Assembly: GCA_900769705.1 (NCBI GenBank)
Contig: CAAGHP010000020.1
Coordinates: forward strand, 7,600 to 71,599
Direction of reading: 5' to 3'
Length of the DNA stretch: 64,000 bases
Source of the DNA: Alphaproteobacteria bacterium
GTDB taxonomy: Bacteria > Pseudomonadota > Alphaproteobacteria > RF32 > CAG-239
Shown here: positions 28,581 through 38,154 of the stretch, in pieces
Numbering within the stretch: position 1 is the first letter of the stretch
Layout: each line of letters begins with the position of its first letter
Made by a program: the position numbers and the translations under genes
The notes under the pieces: model-generated
Seen by the model: only the letters and a program-made list of their open reading frames with translations
What the model was told of the DNA's origin: nothing
Database searches by the model: none

Positions 28581-28606
28581 AACCGCCTTTAGGGCGGTTT
28601 TTTTTA
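28581..28606 (+). terminator. Rho-independent terminator after tRNA-Trp
   Basis: AACCGCC (28581-28587) pairs with GGCGGTT (28593-28599), followed by a T-run. Confidence 0.85.
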
Positions 28607-28659
28607 TGGCATTTGGGGCCGTTGATGAGAACTCACGAAAGATGATTCGTAACTAATTA

Positions 28660-28682
28660 TTTGTGGTCGGGGCAACGAGATT
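28660..28682. repeat. 23-nt exact copy of the tRNA-Pro 3' end plus 4 flanking nt (att-like direct repeat)
   Basis: tttgtggtcggggcaacgagatt at 28660-28682 is identical to 28847-28869, which spans the 3' end of tRNA-Pro. Confidence 0.9.
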
Positions 28683-28812
28683 GGCTTGATTTTTTGTTAA
28701 AAAATCTGCGCCGCTGCGTCGGCTTTATATGGCGATACTCCCGTCTCGCCAAGCCTCCTTGTCAAACACGCTCTCTCGCGTGTTCGCAACTGATTGCTTG
28801 CAATCTACAAAC

Positions 28813-28846
28813 AAAAAAAGCCACCTTTTCAGGTGACTTTTTTTTG
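28813..28846. terminator. Bidirectional terminator-like hairpin next to the tRNA-Pro 3' end
   Basis: A-run, CACCT (28822-28826) / AGGTG (28831-28835) stem, then a T8 run. Confidence 0.55.
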
Positions 28847-28850
28847 TTTG

Positions 28851-28927
28851 TGGTCGGGGCAACGAGATTCGAACACGCGACATCTTGGTCCCAAACCAAG
28901 CGCTCTACCAGGCTGAGCTATGCCCCG
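28851..28927 (-). tRNA. tRNA-Pro (anticodon UGG)
   Basis: The reverse complement folds with acceptor CGGGGCA/TGCCCCG, D arm GCTC-AGCCTGGTA-GAGC, and anticodon stem CTTGG/CCAAG with loop TTTGGGA. The T arm GCGTG-TTCGAAT-CTCGT has one U-U mismatch. CCA is encoded. Confidence 0.85.
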
Positions 28928-28977
28928 TCGACCGATTTAGTTATTACAACATATTTTTCTATATTGCAAGCACTTTT

Positions 28978-29697
28978 TTATTTTTTTCTCATTTTCGGTA
29001 AAATCAAACCTGAATTGCGAAAACTGAAAATTTCGTTTCTGGTCACAATCAAATGGTCATAGACTTCTATATCCATAGCATCTGCCACCATTCGGATTTC
29101 CTCAGTCAGCTGTTTGTCGGCCGCCGATGGCTTGCATTCGCCGGACGGATGGTTATGCGCCAAAATAATAATCACCGCCTTATTATCCAGCGCCGCCTTA
29201 ATAATCTCACGCGGATGCGCCATAGTTTTATTTACGGTGCCGGTGTTCATCAGCCTATTTCCTTTATAATGCAGCACATCATCAAAGAAAAACACCCTAA
29301 ACTCTTCCACATCGTTATAAGCCATCAGCTGACGGCAATAGTCTTCAAACTGATCCCAATAAGCAATAATCGGTTGGTCGCTGTCCGAAAAACAAGCGCT
29401 TGACGAACGCAGCGCACATGTCGCCACAACTTTGAGCAATGCTAGCGTATTTACACTCAGCCCGCACACATCAATCAACTCATGCGCCGGAGCATGCAAA
29501 ACTCCTCCGATATCGCCATATTTGGCAATCAGTTTTTTAGCAAGCGGCTTTACATCTCGTCTTGGAATAGACATAGTCAAAAGCAGTTCCAAAACCTCAT
29601 AATCCGGCATACTGGCGCCGTCATCAGCCAAAAATCTGGCACGCAATCGCTCTCTATGTCCCAGATACAATGGTTTTTCTTGTTTATCGTCCGTCAT
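28978..29697 (-). CDS. radC: RadC-family JAB/MPN domain protein
   Basis: N-terminal LGHRERLRARF and C-terminal JAMM motif LAHNHPSG. Confidence 0.88.
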   Translation of the reverse strand: MTDDKQEKPLYLGHRERLRARFLADDGASMPDYEVLELLLTMSIPRRDVKPLAKKLIAKYGDIGGVLHAPAHELIDVCGLSVNTLALLKVVATCALRSSSACFSDSDQPIIAYWDQFEDYCRQLMAYNDVEEFRVFFFDDVLHYKGNRLMNTGTVNKTMAHPREIIKAALDNKAVIIILAHNHPSGECKPSAADKQLTEEIRMVADAMDIEVYDHLIVTRNEIFSFRNSGLILPKMRKK

Positions 29698-29706
29698 CTA
29701 ACGTCC

Positions 29707-30507
29707 TTATTTATAAGGCGGTTTATCCATACCTTTCGGCGAATAGGTAAATACTTCAACGCCGTCCTTAGTTACGCCCATAGAGTGCTCAAATTGTGCC
29801 GACCAAGCATGGTCACAGGTTACAGCCGTCCAGCCGTTAGAAAGAATAACGCCGTCTTTTTTTCCCATGTTAATCATCGGTTCAATCGTAAAAATCATGC
29901 CTTCTTCCATAATCGGTCCCGTGCCTTTAACTCCGCAATGCATAACATTCGGTTCATCGTGGAAAACTTTGCCGACGCCATGTCCGCAAAACATATCAAC
30001 CACCGAATAGCCGTATTTATGAGCATATTCTTCAATAACCGCACCGATATCGCCGAAATGCGCCCCTGGCTTAACCACATCAATACCGCGCATCATACAT
30101 TCGTATGTCACATCGCACAAACGCTTACCTTTAATTTTTGGTTTACCGGCAAAATACATACGGCTGGTATCACCGAAATAGCCATCAACAATTGCTGTCA
30201 CGTCAATGTTTAAAATATCCCCGTCCGCCAGCTTGCGTTCATAATCCGGAATACCATGACAAATAACCTGATTTATGGAAATACAAGTTGCTTTCGGATA
30301 CCCATGATAGCCTATACAAGCAGAAACAGCTCCCTTACTTTTCATAAATTCATTGCAAAGGTCGTCCAACTCGCCGGTAGAAACACCGACTTTCACATAA
30401 TCTGCAATATAATCCAAACATTGAGCAGCCACCTGCCCTGCTTTGCGCATACCGGCAAAATCTTCTTCGCCATAAATTTTGATACCGTTTTTATTTGTGC
30501 GAACCAT
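29707..30507 (-). CDS. map: Type I methionyl aminopeptidase
   Basis: CHGIP, DVTAIVDGYFGD, FCGHGVG, TIEPM motifs. Confidence 0.95.
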   Translation of the reverse strand: MVRTNKNGIKIYGEEDFAGMRKAGQVAAQCLDYIADYVKVGVSTGELDDLCNEFMKSKGAVSACIGYHGYPKATCISINQVICHGIPDYERKLADGDILNIDVTAIVDGYFGDTSRMYFAGKPKIKGKRLCDVTYECMMRGIDVVKPGAHFGDIGAVIEEYAHKYGYSVVDMFCGHGVGKVFHDEPNVMHCGVKGTGPIMEEGMIFTIEPMINMGKKDGVILSNGWTAVTCDHAWSAQFEHSMGVTKDGVEVFTYSPKGMDKPPYK

Positions 30508-30605
30508 AATAAAAAATCTCCCTTAACTCTTTTGTTTTACACATATAACATTCTGCAATAAAAGACAAGAGTTAAGAGAGATAATAACACGTTATATAAA
30601 AATAA

Positions 30606-32486
30606 CTATCTGCCGCCGCGTCCTTTTTTCAAGCCAATCGGCATACCTTTTTCATCAATAAGTCCTGCTGCCATAGCTGCTTTGCGCACCAGTTCTTTCT
30701 TTTTTTTGCGAGAGAGTTTTTCTTTTTGCGCATTAACTTCTTTGCGTGATGGAACATAATAGTTCTCTTCATCTTCTCGAGCTTGTTCCAATGCTTTAGA
30801 AGCATAATCTCTTGCAACAGCCGGAGCATTTTCATCACGAACAACCATTAAATCTGCCACTTTTGTAAAGTCTTTGTTCACCAAAGTATATGTGTATTGG
30901 CTTGCTCCGCCGGCATAGCCGGTTAAAGTTTCGCCTTGCACGGCAATCCAACGCTGTTCTTCCAATGGTTTTTGTTCTAATTTTTTAGTACCGCCTGCCC
31001 ATACTTTAATTTCATCGGCATTATGGCAAATAGATGGTTCGCCACCAGCTTCGCGCACAACTTTTGCAGTGTTTGCCAATTGATGAACATCGCCGTGAAT
31101 AGGAATAAACACCAGCTTGCTGCTGTTTTTACGATTATTGACAATCAGCTCAATAAATTTTTTCGTTTCCGAACGCACAGCGTGACCGGTACGCTGCATC
31201 AAAGCAGTTTCAAATTTACCGGTATTATTGCCGGAACGATTCTCTATAATGGTTGCGCCCAAAGCCGCCAAACGGTTATACATGGCGCGTACCTGTTTGC
31301 CGTTAATAGCTTCAATACAGCGCTGACGAGCCAAAATCAAAGTCATTTTATCAACCGTAAAGTCCGGATGTCCGGCCTCGCCTTTGCTATTGCCTTTTAC
31401 TTTGCCGTCTTTATCCAACGTAACTTTTTGCTGTTCGGACATTTTATATAAACCGGATTTCATGCCTTTTTTAGATTCGGCAAAAGCACCGCTTGGAATT
31501 ATATAGCGTTCGCCGCGGTCATATTTGGCTAAATAAGCTTTGGCATTGGCATTTTTCAAATCTTCGCTTTTATATACAACTTCGTCATAATCATGAATAC
31601 CGCTGCGCTGCATAGCCATAAAGGCCAGCTTAGCCCAATAACCGTCAATAAACACCGTGCGGTTAGCCTGCTTAGCAGCTTCCAAGTCAATCGCCAAATT
31701 TTGAATACTGCGGGAAATAACAGCGGAAATCACCTGTTTTTCCGGATGTTTATTTACCTGTTCCAAAGTATTGGCAACCGCGTGGTCAAAATCAACCAAA
31801 TACTCATCGGTGCCATCGCTTGATGTGGAGTCCAGCAAAACGTGCGTAACTGGCTTATCTTTCAAAAATTCTATAAACTTATCTTCTTCAAAACCGGGAC
31901 CGACTTTTGATTCGCCCATGCGATAGTCACCTGGATCCACAATACCGGCACTGGTGCGGCCGCGAATGGTGGTTAAAACATGGAAGCCCATAGCGCCGAC
32001 AGTAGAGTGAGAAACATTAAACGGACTGACATGAACATTGTCGGCAACATCTATTGTCTGTCCTTCGCTGACAACTTTTATTTCCGGCTGATTTTCAGCT
32101 GGAACATGTCCTTCTTTGAAAGCGGTTTTCAAAAGCTCTTTGGTATAAGAGCTTGTATAGATTTCCGGAAACTTATAACCGGCACGGGCTAAATGCACCA
32201 ATCCACCGATATGATCTTCGTGGCAGTGAGAAATAAACATGGCATCAACTGTTTTTTCTGCAGGCTGGTCTTTATATCCCAAATACGGACGGACATCAGG
32301 AATAACGGAATCCAAACCTGTCCATTCCGGCGGAAACAGAGCGCCGCAATCAATCATCACTCTTTTTACACCTTCACCTTCTTCGGTATGCTCAATCAAC
32401 AAGCTGTTGCCGCCGATTCTGGCTTCATTGTTACCGCCTAGAAAATCAATTTTTGTACCTTCTTCTGTTTTAGCCATGGCCGTCAC
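30606..32486 (-). CDS. rnj: Ribonuclease J family (MBL / beta-CASP) with a basic C-terminal extension
   Basis: HCHEDHIGG (MBL motif 2), LLDSTSS, beta-CASP motifs QRTGHA and IPIHGD. The C-terminal tail is Lys/Arg-rich (...SRKKKKELVRK...LKKGRGGR). Confidence 0.7.
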   Translation of the reverse strand: MTAMAKTEEGTKIDFLGGNNEARIGGNSLLIEHTEEGEGVKRVMIDCGALFPPEWTGLDSVIPDVRPYLGYKDQPAEKTVDAMFISHCHEDHIGGLVHLARAGYKFPEIYTSSYTKELLKTAFKEGHVPAENQPEIKVVSEGQTIDVADNVHVSPFNVSHSTVGAMGFHVLTTIRGRTSAGIVDPGDYRMGESKVGPGFEEDKFIEFLKDKPVTHVLLDSTSSDGTDEYLVDFDHAVANTLEQVNKHPEKQVISAVISRSIQNLAIDLEAAKQANRTVFIDGYWAKLAFMAMQRSGIHDYDEVVYKSEDLKNANAKAYLAKYDRGERYIIPSGAFAESKKGMKSGLYKMSEQQKVTLDKDGKVKGNSKGEAGHPDFTVDKMTLILARQRCIEAINGKQVRAMYNRLAALGATIIENRSGNNTGKFETALMQRTGHAVRSETKKFIELIVNNRKNSSKLVFIPIHGDVHQLANTAKVVREAGGEPSICHNADEIKVWAGGTKKLEQKPLEEQRWIAVQGETLTGYAGGASQYTYTLVNKDFTKVADLMVVRDENAPAVARDYASKALEQAREDEENYYVPSRKEVNAQKEKLSRKKKKELVRKAAMAAGLIDEKGMPIGLKKGRGGR

Positions 32487-32626
32487 TCCATATATGATTT
32501 AAAAGTTATACTCTAATAATACACACTTTTTGACAAAATGCAAATAAAAAATATGACAAAAAAGAAAAACTTTTGGCGCCTTGAAAAAATTAGTATTCTT
32601 ACTATCTTTATTGCAGGAGAAAACAA

Positions 32627-33118
32627 ATGTTTAATAGTAACTTATCCCGATTTTTGTATGCCTTTTTAGCGGTTGGTGTCACTGCCGCATTATGCGGATA
32701 TTTAAATGATTTTGGTCTAAATACCTTTTATACTAAAATAGACTTGCCGATATTAACGCCGCCAAATAATGTTTTTCCGCTGGTGTGGGGTATTTTATAT
32801 ACTTTACTCATAATTTCAACAACTCTTGTACTTGGTAGTTCTGACTCCATAAAAATAAAGTCCGCCATGCAAATTTTTTGGCTGAATATGTTGCTGCAAA
32901 TTATCTGGACTTACATTTTCTTTTACAGCGGAATGTTTTTGGCCGGATTTTTTGTTTTGATGCTTCTGGACTTTATTACCGTATTGCTGATAGACGCATA
33001 TTTTCATCTGCATAAAATTGCCGGTTATCTGCTGCTGCCATATTTATTTTGGCTGCTGTTTGCCACATATTTGAACTGGGGAGTGATTGATTTAAACGGC
33101 AATGCCTATGTTTTTTAA
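32627..33118 (+). CDS. tspO: TspO/MBR tryptophan-rich sensory protein
   Basis: 163 aa, 5 TM helices, PPNNVFPLVWGILY and a W-rich C-terminus. Confidence 0.85.
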   Translation: MFNSNLSRFLYAFLAVGVTAALCGYLNDFGLNTFYTKIDLPILTPPNNVFPLVWGILYTLLIISTTLVLGSSDSIKIKSAMQIFWLNMLLQIIWTYIFFYSGMFLAGFFVLMLLDFITVLLIDAYFHLHKIAGYLLLPYLFWLLFATYLNWGVIDLNGNAYVF

Positions 33119-33226
33119 TATATTTTTGAAAAAACACTAAAGATTCTGCTAGACAACCTTGCAAGTTTGCGCTAGTTTAGCCCCGATAAAATGAATTTTA
33201 CTTAAAACTTTTTTTAGGGACGTACA

Positions 33227-35851
33227 ATGACTAGTGTAAATCAAATTCGCAAAACCTTTTTGGACTATTTTGCCAAGAACGGTCATAAAGTTGTTCCGTC
33301 ATCATCCCTTGTTCCGGATAATGACCCGACATTGATGTTTACAAACTCCGGTATGGTGCAATTTAAAAATGTGCTCGCCGGCAACGAAACCCGCGACTAC
33401 ACCCGAGCGACCACTGCGCAAAAAAGCGTGCGCGCCGGCGGTAAACATAATGACCTTGACAGCGTGGGCTATGATGTACGCCACCACACATTTTTTGAAA
33501 TGCTCGGCAACTTTTCTTTTGGCGATTATTTCAAAGACGGCGCTATTCCTTTTGCTTGGGAATTGCTGACAAAAGATTTCGGCTTGCCGAAAGATAAGCT
33601 CGCCGTCACCATCTACTATAACGATGAAGATGCCTATAATTTATGGAAAAAAGTTTCCGGTTTGCCTGACGATAGGATTATCCGCATCAGCACCAAAGAC
33701 AACTTTTGGCAAATGGGCGATACCGGTCCTTGCGGTCCTTGTTCAGAAATCTTTTACGATCACGGGCCGGAAGTTTGGGGTGGTTTACCGGGAACTCCGG
33801 AAGAAGACGGCGACCGCTTTATTGAAATTTGGAATTTGGTGTTTGACCAGTTTGAAGATTTGGCCGATGGTTCGCGTATAAACTTAAAACGCCCGGGAAT
33901 TGATACCGGTATGGGTTTGGAGCGTATTGCCGCTATTTTGCAAGGCGTTCACTCCAATTTTGACACCGATATGTTCCAACACATTATCAAAGCTATTGCC
34001 GACATGGCCAACACTGACCCGAACGGTCCGTTAAAAGCCTCGCATAATGTGATTGCCGACCACTTGCGTTCTATTTGCTTTTTGATTGCCGACGGCGTTT
34101 TGCCGTCCAATGAAGGACGCGGCTACGTTTTGCGCCGCATTATGCGCCGTGCTATGCGTCACGCCTATATGCTGGGCGTTAAAGACCCGATGATTTACAA
34201 ACTGCTGCCGACTTTGCAAAAAGAAATGGGCGAAGCCTATCCGGAACTTTACACCCGTGAAAATTTGATAAAAGAGACTATCAAAATAGAAGAAGAACGT
34301 TTTGGACGCACTTTGGACAAAGGCTTAAAACTTCTTGATGAAGAAATCGCTCATCTTGGCCGCGGTGACAAATTGAGCGGTGAAACTGCGTTCAAATTAT
34401 ATGACACCTATGGTTTTCCGTTGGATTTAACCCAAGATGCTTTGAAAAATAAAAACATTGAAGTTGATACAGCCGGTTTTGATGCTTGCATGGCCCGCCA
34501 AAAAGAAGAAGCTCGCAAAAACTGGGCCGGTTCAGGCGATACGGCAGTAGAAAAAGTTTGGTATTCCGTCGAAGACAAGGTAAATCCGACCGAATTTTTA
34601 GGTTATAATGTTACAAAATCAGATGGCGAAGTTGTTGCCTTAATTCAAAATAACAAAGAAGTTAATGAAGTTACTTCAGGCAAATTCGAACTTGTTGCCA
34701 ATCAAACACCGTTTTACGGCGAATGCGGCGGTCAAGTCGGCGACACCGGTTTGATTGTTTCTAAAAACTTCACGGCTAGAGTGGTTGACACTAAACGCAA
34801 GTTGGACAAGATTTTTGTTCATGTTTGCGAATTGGAAAAAGGCTCGGTTAAAATCGGTGATTGCGCCAACTTTGAAGTTGATGAAGAAAACCGCAAACGT
34901 ATTTGCGCCAACCACTCGGTAACCCACCTTGCCCACAAAGCTCTGAAAATGATTTTGGGTGACCACGTTGCGCAAAAAGGTTCTATGGTAGAAGCCGACA
35001 GAATGCGTTTTGACGTTTCTCATCCAAAGCAAATCACCGCCGAACAACTGCGTCAGGTCGAAGATATTGTAAACGAGCAAATCCGCAATGATTTGCCGGT
35101 AACAACCGTTATAATGAACAAAGAAGAGGCTGTTAAACTCGGCGCTATGGCTTTGTTTGATGAAAAATACGGCGATGACGTGCGCGTTGTAACAATGGGC
35201 GATGAAAACTCCCCATTCTCTCGTGAGCTTTGCGGCGGTACGCATGTATGCTCTACAGGAAATATCGGTTACTTCCACATTATCGGTGAATCGGCTGTGG
35301 CTGCCGGAGTGCGCCGTTTGGAATGCTTGACAGGCTTTGGCGCGGATTCTTATGTTCGCGAAACCGAAAACAAATTGCATCATGTTGCCGCAGCCTTAAA
35401 AACCAATCTGAATGATTTGGAAGCTCGAATCAACAGCTTGTTGGAAGAACGCAAAAAACAAGAGCAAGAAATTTTTAATCTCAAAAAAGCTCTGGCTGGC
35501 GGAAAATCATCATCTGATGAAACCGAAACCATTAACGGCGTAAAATTTGTCGGTAAATTGGTATCCGGTGCTCACCCGAAAGAGCTGAAAGCTTTTATTG
35601 ACGACATTATGCATAATCTTGGTTCCGGCATTGTTGTTCTTTGCTCGGATAAAGATGACAAAGCGTCAGTTGTTGTCGGTGTAAGCAAAGATTTGACAGC
35701 TAAATATAACGCTGTGGATTTAGTACGCGCAGCCTCTGCCGTGGTTGGCGGGCAAGGCGGCGGCGGACGTCCGGATATGGCTCAGGCCGGCGGTTCTGAT
35801 GTGTCAAAAATCAATGACGCTATTGCCAAAATCAAAGCAATGATTGCTTAA
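33227..35851 (+). CDS. alaS: Alanine--tRNA ligase
   Basis: 874 aa; [10 protein letters not shown], editing-domain HSVTHL..., C-terminal [13 protein letters not shown]. Confidence 0.97.
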   Translation: MTSVNQIRKTFLDYFAKNGHKVVPSSSLVPDNDPTLMFTNSGMVQFKNVLAGNETRDYTRATTAQKSVRAGGKHNDLDSVGYDVRHHTFFEMLGNFSFGDYFKDGAIPFAWELLTKDFGLPKDKLAVTIYYNDEDAYNLWKKVSGLPDDRIIRISTKDNFWQMGDTGPCGPCSEIFYDHGPEVWGGLPGTPEEDGDRFIEIWNLVFDQFEDLADGSRINLKRPGIDTGMGLERIAAILQGVHSNFDTDMFQHIIKAIADMANTDPNGPLKASHNVIADHLRSICFLIADGVLPSNEGRGYVLRRIMRRAMRHAYMLGVKDPMIYKLLPTLQKEMGEAYPELYTRENLIKETIKIEEERFGRTLDKGLKLLDEEIAHLGRGDKLSGETAFKLYDTYGFPLDLTQDALKNKNIEVDTAGFDACMARQKEEARKNWAGSGDTAVEKVWYSVEDKVNPTEFLGYNVTKSDGEVVALIQNNKEVNEVTSGKFELVANQTPFYGECGGQVGDTGLIVSKNFTARVVDTKRKLDKIFVHVCELEKGSVKIGDCANFEVDEENRKRICANHSVTHLAHKALKMILGDHVAQKGSMVEADRMRFDVSHPKQITAEQLRQVEDIVNEQIRNDLPVTTVIMNKEEAVKLGAMALFDEKYGDDVRVVTMGDENSPFSRELCGGTHVCSTGNIGYFHIIGESAVAAGVRRLECLTGFGADSYVRETENKLHHVAAALKTNLNDLEARINSLLEERKKQEQEIFNLKKALAGGKSSSDETETINGVKFVGKLVSGAHPKELKAFIDDIMHNLGSGIVVLCSDKDDKASVVVGVSKDLTAKYNAVDLVRAASAVVGGQGGGGRPDMAQAGGSDVSKINDAIAKIKAMIA

Positions 35852-35873
35852 CAGCGAAAAAGGGCGAATTTTT

Positions 35874-37466
35874 ATGGCTAAACCACAGTTATTCCGCTCA
35901 TTTTCTCTGAATATAGAAGTGTACAGCATTATTTATATGCTGTACACTTTGCTTGCTTTTAACTGCGTGTTTTTTTCTAAAATTCAGAATATCAGCCAAA
36001 GCGCACTTTTTACAATCGGCACGTTTTTTGTGCTTTTGATACTATTAACAGTTTGCGGTTTAATACTTTTTTGGAAACATACGGTTAAGCCATTATCTAT
36101 CTTATTTTTACTGATAAACAGCGGTGTTTTTTATTTTGTAAAAAACTATCACGCCGCCATAGACGAAGAAATGCTGCGCAACGTTTTGCAAACAAATCCG
36201 CATGAAACAGCTGAATTGCTGAACTTTACATTGTTGGCATACATTTTGGTCTTGGGTGGAATACCGACGTTTATTATCAGCCGGCTCAATTTTACGGAAA
36301 CAAAGATATTCAAACAGCGAGGCTCGCTATTTGCCATTTGTTTAGTGTTGTTTGCCGCAATTATTGTGCCAAACAGCAAAGACGTTGCGCAATTTGTCCG
36401 CAACAATAAACCGGTTAAATATTTATTGATTCCGGTAAACTATATCGGAGCAATAAGCTCGACAATAAAACACAACCTGCGTGCCAATCACACATTTACG
36501 CCTATAGGTATGGATTCGCACTTTACAAAATATTGGAATAATGACAAGCCGTTATTGATTGTTTTTGTGGTTGGAGAAACCGCGCGCGCCGCCAATTTTT
36601 CTTTAGACGGATACGCGCGCGACACCAATGCTCCGCTGAAAATTTATGCCGACAACATTATCAATTTTGAAAACACCACTTCATGCGGAACTTCCACCGC
36701 TGTTTCCGTACCTTGCATGTTTGCCAAAGACAACCGCACGGAATTTGACAACGGTAGCTTGGACTATACCGAAAATGTGTTGGATATATTTAAGAAAAAC
36801 GGCTGGCGCACGGTTTGGCTGGAAAATAACAGCGACTGCAAAGGCGTTTGCACACGTGTTGAAACCTATAGTCCGTGCGCCAGCGGAGCCGGAACTTGTT
36901 TTGACAGCATTTTAACCCAAGAAATGCAAAAACAACTGACACTTCCGGTACAAAACACCGTTATGGTTATGCATCAGGCCGGAAGCCACGGTCCGACTTA
37001 TTATAAACGCTATCCCAAGGAATTCAGCCGATTCTCACCAGTTTGCAATACCGAAAAACTCAACCAATGCTCAACTAAAGAAATTATAAATACCTACGAT
37101 AACACTATTCTTTACACCTCGCAGAATTTGGCCGACATCATCGCACTGCTGCAAAATAGCTATCAGCAGTATAACAGCCTGCTGATCTATGTTTCCGACC
37201 ACGGCGAATCACTTGGCGAATACAATATATATCTGCATTCCGCACCATACAGCATTGCCCCGAAAGAACAAAAACATATTCCTTTTTTCATCTGGGCGGC
37301 AGATTCGTCTTTAAATGCGTTAAAAATAGACAAACAATGTCTTAAATCACAGCAAAATGAAGCTATTTCGCATGACAACATCTTTCACACTTTGCTTGGC
37401 CTAGGCGGAATATCGGCTGCAGAATACAAACAACCTCTTGATATATCGTCTAAATGTAAAAATTAG
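35874..37466 (+). CDS. Phosphoethanolamine transferase (EptA/LptA family; sulfatase-fold, membrane-anchored)
   Basis: Five N-terminal TM helices, then VVGETARAANFSLDGY and SDHGESLGE. I prefer the start at ATG 35874 over 35844, which overlaps the alaS end. Confidence 0.85.
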   Translation: MAKPQLFRSFSLNIEVYSIIYMLYTLLAFNCVFFSKIQNISQSALFTIGTFFVLLILLTVCGLILFWKHTVKPLSILFLLINSGVFYFVKNYHAAIDEEMLRNVLQTNPHETAELLNFTLLAYILVLGGIPTFIISRLNFTETKIFKQRGSLFAICLVLFAAIIVPNSKDVAQFVRNNKPVKYLLIPVNYIGAISSTIKHNLRANHTFTPIGMDSHFTKYWNNDKPLLIVFVVGETARAANFSLDGYARDTNAPLKIYADNIINFENTTSCGTSTAVSVPCMFAKDNRTEFDNGSLDYTENVLDIFKKNGWRTVWLENNSDCKGVCTRVETYSPCASGAGTCFDSILTQEMQKQLTLPVQNTVMVMHQAGSHGPTYYKRYPKEFSRFSPVCNTEKLNQCSTKEIINTYDNTILYTSQNLADIIALLQNSYQQYNSLLIYVSDHGESLGEYNIYLHSAPYSIAPKEQKHIPFFIWAADSSLNALKIDKQCLKSQQNEAISHDNIFHTLLGLGGISAAEYKQPLDISSKCKN

Positions 37467-37487
37467 TCAAATTTCGACAAATTAAGC

Positions 37488-37518
37488 TTGCTTTTGCCAA
37501 AAAGATATGCTATATAAT
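37488..37518 (+). promoter_or_regulatory. Candidate promoter of the 152-aa gene
   Basis: TTGCTT (37488-37493), 17 nt, TATATA/TATAAT (37511-37518). Confidence 0.5.
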
Positions 37519-37560
37519 GTGGTATTGAATTTATTATTAACCCTTTAAATATTATTTACT

Positions 37561-38019
37561 ATGAGTATTATTGCTTTAGAGAAGTTGAACGGTATGTTGG
37601 TAAACGTTAAGGCTGATACAGCTTTTGCAGAGTTTCAGAAGAAGAATCCTGAGTGTATTGACCTTACTACCTGTGATAAACAACCTCAGTTAGTCCAGCT
37701 TGTGCTGCGCGTTCCGATGTTCAAGAAGAACACTGCTGTTCCGTTCTATGCATTTATCAAACATTCCAACACTCTTGCTGCAGTTGTTGACGTCCAGACA
37801 GGTTCGGTTAAGGTTATCGATCCGTCCGTCATTGCGTCCGAGACAGAAGTTCATGGAAATTTCCGTATCAAAGGTGTTACCTACGGTCTCAAAGACACTA
37901 TCGACGGCTTCAAGCGCTATCGTCCGCTGTCTATAGAACCTCGCCGCCCGCGCAAACATTTGACACCTCTCAGTCCTGAGGTTGTCAATAGCAAGGAAGA
38001 AGCTGAATTTGCAGAATAA
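37561..38019 (+). CDS. Hypothetical protein (monocistronic)
   Basis: 152-aa ORF bracketed by a good promoter candidate and a strong terminator. No motif recognised. Confidence 0.6.
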   Translation: MSIIALEKLNGMLVNVKADTAFAEFQKKNPECIDLTTCDKQPQLVQLVLRVPMFKKNTAVPFYAFIKHSNTLAAVVDVQTGSVKVIDPSVIASETEVHGNFRIKGVTYGLKDTIDGFKRYRPLSIEPRRPRKHLTPLSPEVVNSKEEAEFAE

Positions 38020-38037
38020 CTTCTCGGCAGATTATTT

Positions 38038-38067
38038 AAGCACTCGTAAAAACGAGTGCTTTTTTTT
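38038..38067 (+). terminator. Rho-independent terminator
   Basis: AAGCACTCGT (38038-38047), loop aaaa, ACGAGTGCTT (38052-38061), then a T-run. Confidence 0.9.
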
Positions 38068-38154
38068 ATTTTTAGACGATGAATTTTATATATTTATAAA
38101 TATTTTTGTTTTATGATACATCTATTGTTTAAAGTTTTTTTAATGAGGCTCAAC

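Noticed and set aside
28661-29062. 133-aa plus-strand ORF covering the tRNA-Pro region.
   Set aside because: It runs through the tRNA-Pro gene, its terminator and the radC 3' end. The tRNA fold explains the sequence better.
29482-30213. 243-aa plus-strand ORF spanning the radC/map junction.
   Set aside because: It is antisense to two well-supported genes and crosses their intergenic gap. The composition is His/Arg/Phe-rich and nonsense-like.
34676-35383. 235-aa minus-strand ORF inside alaS.
   Set aside because: It is entirely antisense to a high-confidence conserved gene. The sequence is low-complexity and motif-free, and there is no RBS. Long antisense ORFs like this are a common artefact of codon bias.
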